64,000 bases of DNA. Source: Patescibacteria group bacterium. Lineage in GTDB: Bacteria > Patescibacteriota > Microgenomatia > UBA1400 > PJMF01. Below the pieces are notes generated by a model. It was not told the origin of the DNA, ran no database searches, and worked only from the letters and a program-made list of their open reading frames with translations. The DNA lies in NCBI GenBank assembly GCA_016861205.1, contig BOKX01000001.1, forward strand, positions 603,434 to 667,433. Reading direction: 5' to 3'. Position 1 is the stretch's first letter; each line of letters opens with the position of its first letter. Made by a program: the position numbers and the translations under genes. Below, in pieces: positions 19,767 through 26,952 of the stretch.

Positions 19767-20771
19767 CTACAACAAACTTAATACCGCATACTCTTCCGGC
19801 AGCAACCCGGCAGGCACTTGTTTCGTAGCTTTATGCACCGCCGCAAAATGGGGGACCAGGAGGTGTTTTTCGTAGGTGCTAAAAATTTTCGGATGAATGT
19901 AGTACTTACGACACACCGCTGTAGTATTTCCCAAGTGTTCAGCTACCGACTCCACGGTTTGGAGTAGTACTTTATCTACAGGTTGTTCCTCGGTCGGCTC
20001 ACCAAACCGATACAACGTATCGCCAGCTAAAGTCGTTCCACCCCAGGTGCGAAAGTCCTTGGCCGTCAGAGACTCACCCGTTATCTCTTTGAGATAGGCG
20101 TTCACATCAGCTGAGTCAACTTTGTGACGTTTACCCTCATCATCTACATACTGAAATAATTGATAGCCCGGCAACTCGATGCACTGCTTGATAGTGGTGG
20201 CAACCCGAGGATGAGTAATGTCTAGCTCGTGATACACATGGCTCTTACCTTTGAAACTAAACCGCACTGTGTTGCCCTCCACGTCGACGTGTTTGTTTCG
20301 CATAGTAGTTAAACCATAGGATTGATTCTCTTTGGCGTAGGTGGCGTTTCCCACCCGGATAAATGTGTGCTCGAGTAGCCACACGATCGTGGCTAAAACC
20401 CGCTCATAACTTAATGTGTGCTGACGCATGTGGCCACTAACTGTTTCTCGTAGAGTAGGCAGCACCTCGCCAAACTTCTGGAGTGAATCAAATTTATGAC
20501 GCTGATTGTACTCAACCCAATCAGGGTGATAGATATACTGTTTACGACCTTTGCCATCTGTACCAATGGCTTGAATATGCCCATGAGGATCTGAGCTGAT
20601 TTTGACATCAACCCAAGCAGGTGGAATCACTAATTTTTTGACTCGATCTTGGTCTCGTTCTGAAACAGGTTTGCCTAACCGATTGAGAACCACGAAGTGG
20701 TCTCCTCGCTTCTGTCGCCGCCAACTCAGCGTGACATCTGACACATACCGAATGCCCCGAGGTTTGTTCAT
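19767..20771 (-). CDS. DNA topoisomerase IB (bacterial/poxvirus-type)
   Basis: About 335 aa with TopIB catalytic-region motifs: SYGLTTMRNKHV, KDFRTWGGT, AEHLGNTTAVCRKYYIHP (Tyr-containing C-terminal motif). Confidence 0.7.
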   Translation of the reverse strand: MNKPRGIRYVSDVTLSWRRQKRGDHFVVLNRLGKPVSERDQDRVKKLVIPPAWVDVKISSDPHGHIQAIGTDGKGRKQYIYHPDWVEYNQRHKFDSLQKFGEVLPTLRETVSGHMRQHTLSYERVLATIVWLLEHTFIRVGNATYAKENQSYGLTTMRNKHVDVEGNTVRFSFKGKSHVYHELDITHPRVATTIKQCIELPGYQLFQYVDDEGKRHKVDSADVNAYLKEITGESLTAKDFRTWGGTTLAGDTLYRFGEPTEEQPVDKVLLQTVESVAEHLGNTTAVCRKYYIHPKIFSTYEKHLLVPHFAAVHKATKQVPAGLLPEEYAVLSLL

Positions 20772-20828
20772 GACTTCACTATATCAGTTCAGTCGTGAAT
20801 GAAAACTACTGGCCGTGGCGGAAAGATA

Positions 20829-21149
20829 TTAGCTGAAAAATTGTTCGGCAAACTTGGTAAACTCTCGGATAATAGGCAAAATGGCGCGGCCTTTTCCGGT
20901 TAGATCATAGACTACCGATAACTTATCAACTGTTTCTTCTTGCCTGGCTACCACTCCTGCCTGCTCAAGTTTTTTGAGACGATTAGTTAATGTGGTGGGA
21001 TTTATGTTTCCCAAAGCTCGATTGAGTTCGTTGAATCGCAGCGGTTGTCGCGATAAGGTGCATAACACCGATAGGGTCCAGGTGTCACCCAAGAGACGCA
21101 GAGCTTGATTCAGTTCTTGCGATAGTCGTGGATCACGGTGGGTTGACAT
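20829..21149 (-). CDS. HxlR-family winged-helix transcriptional regulator
   Basis: LLGDTWTLSVLCTLSRQPLRFNELNRALGNINPTTLTNRLKKLEQAGVV is the HxlR signature. Divergent from the LutC-like gene. Confidence 0.7.
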   Translation of the reverse strand: MSTHRDPRLSQELNQALRLLGDTWTLSVLCTLSRQPLRFNELNRALGNINPTTLTNRLKKLEQAGVVARQEETVDKLSVVYDLTGKGRAILPIIREFTKFAEQFFS

Positions 21150-21222
21150 ACTACATTTTTGGTAGTACTATATTTTTTGTATCACTACCAATTATGTATT
21201 ATTATAACGCATAGGAGCCAAA

Positions 21223-21837
21223 ATGACATCCACACTCCCAACCTCCCAAACCATCACCAAGACTATCTCCGCGCTTGCCGCTAATGGCATGACTGCCGAA
21301 GTCGTCTCCACTGCTGCCGACGCCAAAGCAGCTGTGCTGGCTCACATCCCAGCCGGAGCCGAAGTCATGACAATGACCTCTATTACCTTAGAACAAACTG
21401 GTTTAGCTGAAGCTTTAAATACAAAGCCATATGTGTCTGTCAAACAAAAGCTCAACGACATGAGTCGCGAAACTGAGTCGCAACGTATGCAAGAGTTGGG
21501 CGCTGCACCGAGTTGGGCAGTCGGAAGTGTACACGGCATTACCGAGGACGGTCAGGTCGTGGTCACTTCCAACACTGGCAGCCAATTACCGGCCTACGTT
21601 TATGGAGCAGAGCATGTGGTATGGGTGGTCAGCACTAAAAAAGTTGTGCCAACTATCGATGCCGCGTTAGCACGAATCAAGGAAGAAGTTGTCCCTAAAG
21701 AATCTGCTCGCGCGCGCAAAGCGTACGGTTTACCCGACACCTGGCATACCAACATGAGCAAAACACTGATTGTTAATCGCGAAATTACTCCCAATCGGAT
21801 TCACGTTGTGTTTGTAAACGAAGACCTAGGTTTCTAA
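21223..21837 (+). CDS. LUD-domain (LutC/YkgG-like) protein
   Basis: About 200 aa with LutC-like organisation (central VVTSNTGSQL...VWVVSTKKVVPT). Pattern-level. Confidence 0.45.
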   Translation: MTSTLPTSQTITKTISALAANGMTAEVVSTAADAKAAVLAHIPAGAEVMTMTSITLEQTGLAEALNTKPYVSVKQKLNDMSRETESQRMQELGAAPSWAVGSVHGITEDGQVVVTSNTGSQLPAYVYGAEHVVWVVSTKKVVPTIDAALARIKEEVVPKESARARKAYGLPDTWHTNMSKTLIVNREITPNRIHVVFVNEDLGF

Positions 21838-21867
21838 GGTCTTAAAGCCAAGTTAGGCAGACATAAA

Positions 21868-22122
21868 CTACTTGCTTACCTTAGCAATCCATTCGGTCAA
21901 CTCCTGCAGCCGTCTTGTTTGGAGCTGATACAACCGAAACTGGGCTACTCGCTGAACTTTGACTAAGCCCGCCTGCCGCAACACCTTCAGATGTTGCGAC
22001 ACGGCGGGCTGGCTTATCTCAAACCGCTGACTAATATTTGAAGCCGACAATTGTCCGAAATCCGCCAGCAACTCCAAAATGTGCCTGCGAACTGGGTCCG
22101 ACAAAACCAAAAAAATGTCCAT
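21868..22122 (-). CDS. ArsR/SmtB-family transcriptional regulator
   Basis: LSDPVRRHILELLADFGQLSASNISQRFEISQPAVSQHLKVLRQAGLV is a canonical ArsR HTH. Confidence 0.75.
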   Translation of the reverse strand: MDIFLVLSDPVRRHILELLADFGQLSASNISQRFEISQPAVSQHLKVLRQAGLVKVQRVAQFRLYQLQTRRLQELTEWIAKVSK

Positions 22123-22142
22123 ATCTGCATGGTATAGCTGAT

Positions 22143-22170
22143 CGTTATTTAAGTCAAAACTTAAATAACG
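22143..22170. promoter_or_regulatory. Perfect 12-4-12 palindrome (cgttatttaagt-caaa-acttaaataacg) overlapping the putative -35 (TTGACT) of the arsR-like gene; candidate autoregulatory operator
   Basis: Exact reverse-complement arms read directly from the sequence. On the minus strand TTGACT-15 nt-TATACC precedes the arsR ATG at 22122. Confidence 0.4.
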
Positions 22171-22245
22171 GGGGAGTCACCGGCCTCTGCTGCTCTTGTC
22201 ATGAGCATGACATCAATGTCATACTCACATTGAGATAATTACCTT

Positions 22246-22911
22246 ATGCCAAATGTCCCCTCCAAACCATCTGAGTTAATGCTGTATCTGAAAGTGCTTA
22301 TCTTCAGTGCCCTCCTCTATGGTGGCGCATATGCATACACTTCTTGGCTCAAGGTACCCAACATCATCAACAAAACAACAGCTGACGTCTCGATTATTCT
22401 CATCGGTTTGTCGATGTGGCTAACTTCCCTTGGTTACTACTTCAATGTATTTGATACATTAATTCGCTATCGCAAGCACTTGGGACTGGTTGGCTTTGCA
22501 TATGGAGTGGCCCATATTTTACTGTCATTTTCTGCCCTGCAAAATTTATTCAGAGCGGAAACCTGGGAAAATGGTTTGATGTGGCCTGCTTTAAATGGCT
22601 TACTCGCCACCATGATTTTTACCATCATGACACTCATCTCAAACACTTTTATGGCCAAAACCTTGGGTGGCAAGTTGTGGCGACAGATTCTGCGAACTGG
22701 CTATATTGCCGTGATCTTTGTGTGGTTCCACGTCGTCTTGTTGAAGTCTGCTCGCTGGATCACATGGTATGAGGCAGGCATGCAAACACCGCCAGCCATG
22801 AGTTTGATTGTCACCATTTTCATGACAATCGTAGTCCTGATGCGAATTGCTCTGTGGTGGTCACTGCGACGCCAACGAGCTATGACCAGTCAAATGCTCA
22901 ACCGAAGGTAA
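22246..22911 (+). CDS. Polytopic membrane protein, possibly ferric-reductase/MsrQ(YedZ)-like haem-binding TM domain
   Basis: Six hydrophobic segments with conserved-looking His (YGVAHILLSF, FHVVLL). Assignment to the YedZ family is tentative. Confidence 0.35.
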   Translation: MPNVPSKPSELMLYLKVLIFSALLYGGAYAYTSWLKVPNIINKTTADVSIILIGLSMWLTSLGYYFNVFDTLIRYRKHLGLVGFAYGVAHILLSFSALQNLFRAETWENGLMWPALNGLLATMIFTIMTLISNTFMAKTLGGKLWRQILRTGYIAVIFVWFHVVLLKSARWITWYEAGMQTPPAMSLIVTIFMTIVVLMRIALWWSLRRQRAMTSQMLNRR

Positions 22912-24631
22912 ACGCAAAAAGCTCAACTCCTCCAGCAGGGAACTCAAGCTGGAGTTCATGCTGGCCTGGTGACGCTAGATTAATTAATTTATAAAGTTGG
23001 TCACCTGTAATACTCACTTCACCTGCCTGGTTATCAGCGCCGAGGGCTTGAACTTGGCCGTCAAGCCAAACTTTCATCCGCACTGGTTCAGCAGTCGGCC
23101 TGGCAACCAGGAAAACTTCTTTGGCGTTGAAGTTGAGATACAGTCTGGCACCCACTTCTGGTCGAGCTGCCTCACTAGTCACTGTCCAGCCACCCTCAAA
23201 GCCAAACGAGTTGCCGGGAAGTGGGTCAGGGGCTGTAAAAGTCAGCTGTTGATCAGGGACCACCCGTTCTGGTGATGCGAGGTACTCCATCCGAGCATAA
23301 CCCAAGTATGTTTCAGGAGTTCTGGAGTACGTTTGGTAGGTGGGATTGCTGGGTACTTGCTGGCTAACTTCGGCCCCAGTTTCTTGAAGCAGTTTTCGAA
23401 TCATCGCCTCGGTATCGTCATAAGCACCTTCGCCAAAATGGGTGTAACGAACTTGACCATCTTTGTCGATCAGGTACTTAGCTGGCCAGTACTGATTGCG
23501 GTACGCCCGCCAGGTCGCAAAGTTGTTATCTTGCATGACCGGATATGTTAGTTGAAAATCGGTTAGCGCTTTTTTAACATTGGCCGGATCTTTTTCAAAC
23601 TCAAATTCTGGTGAGTGAACGCCAATAATTACTAACCCATCGGCTTCATACTTCTCCCACCAACTTCGAAGATACGGCATCGTTCGCTGACAGTTGATGC
23701 AGCTGTAGGTCCAGAAATCTACCAAAACCACCTTGCCCCGCAGATCTGCTAGTCGCAAACCATTTGGATAACCTGATGGTAGATTGAACCACTCGCCCCC
23801 TGGGACCAACTCGGGAGCAGGAACACCTTTAGACTGGGTCATGTCCGCCGTACTTTTTCCCAACATGTCTTCATCAATGGGGTTTTGATTAAACAGCTGC
23901 AGTTGTTCTCGCACTGTGGCCCGATCTTCAAGCTTGGTTAAACCAGTTCCATAGTTGGGGAACGTACTTAAAATAAAGGTTTGAAACGCACGATCAAGGT
24001 TCAGCAAAATCGCGAGTGCTGTTGCTATCATCACCGCTCCAAATCCTTTCTGAATTTTGCCGGTGTTCGCAACCAACCAAGGCACTTTTTGCAGTGCGGT
24101 CGCTCCAGCTAACATTACACCAAACATGGGAAGAGCCGTCCCTACCGCATACGCTAACGTGATAACAAACGCCTGTGCAGACACACTCCCGCTCAAAGCC
24201 AAACTAATCACAGACGCTAAGATCGGCCCCACGCACGGTGTCCACAGCAAACCGAGCGATAAACCAACAATTAGGCCGCCAACCAACCCACTTCTACCCT
24301 GTTGGTTGGGGATGAAGTTGGCTAGTTGGCTGAACCACTTTTCAAGTTGCAGTTGGACGCTGGGAATTAATAAACTCAACCCAAACCCAGCTAAAATGAC
24401 AATTGATACTAACCGCATTGCGTCAGCTGGAATCCCAGTTAGCCTCACCAAACTCGATAGAAATAAAGTAAAAAAGGTGAAACTGGCCACAAAGCCAAGT
24501 ACTACTCCCAGTGGCCGCTGCCGGCTACCGTCAGCAGTCGAGAGAATTATTGGCAAAAGTGGCAAAATACATGGTGACAAAACAGTCACCACTCCTGCAA
24601 TGAACGCGAACAAAGTGAGAATCAACATCAC
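22898..24631 (-). CDS. DipZ-like fusion: CcdA/DsbD transmembrane domain + TlpA-like thioredoxin domain + C-terminal beta-rich domain
   Basis: TM cysteines SPCILP and TPCVGP (DsbD_2 type), redoxin motif VDFWTYSCINCQRT, and a ~200-aa C-terminal domain as in mycobacterial DipZ. Confidence 0.7.
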   Translation of the reverse strand: MMLILTLFAFIAGVVTVLSPCILPLLPIILSTADGSRQRPLGVVLGFVASFTFFTLFLSSLVRLTGIPADAMRLVSIVILAGFGLSLLIPSVQLQLEKWFSQLANFIPNQQGRSGLVGGLIVGLSLGLLWTPCVGPILASVISLALSGSVSAQAFVITLAYAVGTALPMFGVMLAGATALQKVPWLVANTGKIQKGFGAVMIATALAILLNLDRAFQTFILSTFPNYGTGLTKLEDRATVREQLQLFNQNPIDEDMLGKSTADMTQSKGVPAPELVPGGEWFNLPSGYPNGLRLADLRGKVVLVDFWTYSCINCQRTMPYLRSWWEKYEADGLVIIGVHSPEFEFEKDPANVKKALTDFQLTYPVMQDNNFATWRAYRNQYWPAKYLIDKDGQVRYTHFGEGAYDDTEAMIRKLLQETGAEVSQQVPSNPTYQTYSRTPETYLGYARMEYLASPERVVPDQQLTFTAPDPLPGNSFGFEGGWTVTSEAARPEVGARLYLNFNAKEVFLVARPTAEPVRMKVWLDGQVQALGADNQAGEVSITGDQLYKLINLASPGQHELQLEFPAGGVELFAFTFG

Positions 24632-24640
24632 TGCCTCCTA

Positions 24641-25255
24641 TTACTTAATTCGTTCGAGTAACTCTTTCATCTGGCCCCCATTCCACTTGGTAACTACGTT
24701 ACCTTGTGCGTCGAGCTGCACGTATGTGTGTTGGTAGGTCACTCCATACTTTTTAGCCAAGTCTTTTTCGGCTTGATCCGTCTCAGTGTCATTGTAGTTA
24801 ACTCGAATCAACGTTACATCACTTGGTAATTGCGCTGCATTGGCGGTGAAGTCTGCGTCAGCAGGCTTACACGTTGGACACCAATTGGCATAGAAAAAGA
24901 GGACTCTTCGGCTACCAGCTGCTTGACTCAAAGCGGTTGGTGAAAACGGTACATAACGACTGTCTGCCTTCATCATGGTATCGGCGGCCACCAGGCTATC
25001 TTTGGATTGGTCTTCACCCTTGTCCATCATCACATCTTTGGCCATATTCTCATCGGCAGCATCTTTGGCCATGGTGTCATCAGCTATCACGATATCTTTT
25101 CCAGCATCTGTGCCAGCCATCATGGTATCAGTCGTTTTTTCCATGATCGAGTCTGGCCGACTCATCCAAGCATATGCGCCAGCGCCTGCTAGCAACACCA
25201 TTGCGCCACTCACAATCAGTAAGGTTGGTTTCATAAGCATCCTCCTGCCTATCAT
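24641..25255 (-). CDS. Membrane-anchored thioredoxin-family protein with Met/Asp-rich repeat linker
   Basis: WCPTCK active site (FFYANWCPTCKPADADF), an N-terminal TM, and a linker with degenerate repeats DTMAKD / ENMAKD / VMMDKGED / DTMMKAD. Confidence 0.65.
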   Translation of the reverse strand: MIGRRMLMKPTLLIVSGAMVLLAGAGAYAWMSRPDSIMEKTTDTMMAGTDAGKDIVIADDTMAKDAADENMAKDVMMDKGEDQSKDSLVAADTMMKADSRYVPFSPTALSQAAGSRRVLFFYANWCPTCKPADADFTANAAQLPSDVTLIRVNYNDTETDQAEKDLAKKYGVTYQHTYVQLDAQGNVVTKWNGGQMKELLERIK

Positions 25256-25297
25256 CCTAACTGATAGTAAAGTTAAATGTCAAGTTAACTTTACATT

Positions 25298-25657
25298 TTA
25301 GTTGGTAAAGTGATGAAACATTCGAGTCAATAGTTTGGTTAAAACCATAGCCGATAAGGCGTAAATGAGCCAAGGATCGACATCATGTCGTACGGCCTGA
25401 AGCACGATGCCAACCACTAAAATGGTGGCACCCATTAGAAATGAAACACGACCTGATTTTTGAATGTGTGCTAGATCACGCTCATCTTTAGGCTGCTCTC
25501 GCCAGATCAGACCGACAAAACTTAAGAAACCCACAATGAGCGCCATGATAAGCAGCATGCTCACCGAGTCAGGCATTAACAGATGAGTCGGGTTCAAAAA
25601 GACCCCCAAAATTATCAGAATAATCAAACTAATTATGATCTCGATGCTTAGTTTCAT
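25298..25657 (-). CDS. Small polytopic membrane protein (DUF2178-like), partner of the upstream HTH regulator
   Basis: Four hydrophobic segments. Start overlaps the stop of the XRE regulator (25654). Confidence 0.35.
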   Translation of the reverse strand: MKLSIEIIISLIILIILGVFLNPTHLLMPDSVSMLLIMALIVGFLSFVGLIWREQPKDERDLAHIQKSGRVSFLMGATILVVGIVLQAVRHDVDPWLIYALSAMVLTKLLTRMFHHFTN

Positions 25658-25866
25658 GGTAAAGTAAATATACTCTCTACTGACTGGTTTAAAAACCTAG
25701 CAATTTTGAGTGCCAACAAAACTGATGGCGTGTAGTTGCCTTTCTCGATAGCAATGATGGTCTGACGGGTCACGCCAACGGCTTTGGCAAGTTCTTCTTG
25801 GGTGAGTTTGCGTCCTTGCCGGAATTGAGCTAGTGAGTTGATAACTTGATCAGACATCAGCGGCAT
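25654..25866 (-). CDS. XRE-family HTH transcriptional regulator (70 aa)
   Basis: RKLTQEELAKAVGVTRQTIIAIEKGNYTPSVLLALKIARFL. Confidence 0.7.
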   Translation of the reverse strand: MPLMSDQVINSLAQFRQGRKLTQEELAKAVGVTRQTIIAIEKGNYTPSVLLALKIARFLNQSVESIFTLP

Positions 25867-25888
25867 TATATATGCTACACTGACAGAA

Positions 25889-26308
25889 ATGTTGACAGAT
25901 CAAGAACTAACCCCGTTAATCACTGCTCCCAAAGTTATTGCGGTCGTAGGTCTATCAGACAAACCAGAGCGCCCCAGCTACCAAGTAGCCAGCTACCTGA
26001 TAGATCAAGGCTTCACGATTCTTCCCGTTAATCCCACTATCAGTGAAGTTTTTGGCCTAAGTGCGTACCCTTCTCTTGAGACAATACCTGACACGATTCA
26101 TATTGATATTGTGGATATTTTTCGGCAGTCCGAGGCGGTCCTCCCTATTGTGAAAACAGTCATTGAGTCACATCAAAAGCCACTGGTTTGGATGCAAGAA
26201 GGTGTCATCTCTCCCGAGGCACAGAAGCTAGCTGAGATGAACGGACTCAAAGTTATTATGGATCAGTGCTTAATGAAAACCCATCGGCGACTTGGCCTGA
26301 CACGCTAA
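25889..26308 (+). CDS. CoA-binding domain protein (YccU-like)
   Basis: KVIAVVGLSDKPERPSYQVASYLIDQGFTILPVNP is the CoA_binding_2 signature. Confidence 0.7.
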   Translation: MLTDQELTPLITAPKVIAVVGLSDKPERPSYQVASYLIDQGFTILPVNPTISEVFGLSAYPSLETIPDTIHIDIVDIFRQSEAVLPIVKTVIESHQKPLVWMQEGVISPEAQKLAEMNGLKVIMDQCLMKTHRRLGLTR

Positions 26309-26392
26309 CCACCTGCATCAAGACACGCTGCACTTTACCGCTCATTTAGTCTGGTACAATACCCCTCACTTACTATCATTTTTAAGGTAAAT

Positions 26393-26923
26393 ATGACCGG
26401 TACTGAACTGACTCGTGAACAAGCTCGCCAAAACTTTCTTGCCTATCTGCAACGACCTAACTCGGACTTAACTGCTAACACCATGCGGGCATGCTTAAAA
26501 GCCGTCGAAACTGCCTGCATAGATGAGCTCGGTAATGATGAAGCCGCTCAGGCTTACATCACTACTATTCTCAGAACACTGGCCACTTCTGCCGCTGAAG
26601 AAGTTAATCGCCGGGTCGAAATTAAAGACCCTAGTTTATCAGAAACCGAAGCTCAAGAAACATTAGGCATCTTAATGCTGTTTGCTCCTGACCTGGCTCG
26701 ACAGTTACTGGCCAAAGCTGCCCTTACCGATCCTGCGGCTGCAGCTGAGTTACCAGTCCCTGATCCACAAACCATGACTTCAGGCAAAGGTAGTCAGTCG
26801 CCTGTTACCACTCGTCGTGAACCAACTTCCTCTGACCCAACCGGGGCACTCGACCCTGTAGCCCCAGGCAGCTCACGTCGGCGTGGTCGACCACCAGGTT
26901 CTAAGAATAAGAAACGTAAGTAG
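26393..26923 (+). CDS. Hypothetical protein with C-terminal AT-hook-like motif (RRRGRPPGSKNKKRK)
   Basis: Helical N-terminal ~110 aa, Pro/Ser/Thr-rich linker, and a basic C-terminus containing the GRP core of an AT-hook. Confidence 0.4.
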   Translation: MTGTELTREQARQNFLAYLQRPNSDLTANTMRACLKAVETACIDELGNDEAAQAYITTILRTLATSAAEEVNRRVEIKDPSLSETEAQETLGILMLFAPDLARQLLAKAALTDPAAAAELPVPDPQTMTSGKGSQSPVTTRREPTSSDPTGALDPVAPGSSRRRGRPPGSKNKKRK

Positions 26924-26952
26924 TCGAACTCTAGCTTCCTAATATTAATCAC

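Noticed and set aside
22038-22238. Plus-strand ORF (66 aa) across the arsR start and promoter
   Set aside because: It overlaps the arsR N-terminus and its promoter/operator palindrome and has no supporting features. The region is better explained as regulatory DNA.
24057-24737. Plus-strand ORF (226 aa) and similar antisense ORFs inside the DipZ-like and CopA genes (e.g. 33774-34070, 34678-35007)
   Set aside because: They are embedded antisense within genes that have strong diagnostic motifs on the opposite strand, and their compositions are Ser/Thr/Pro/Cys-biased as expected for shadow ORFs.
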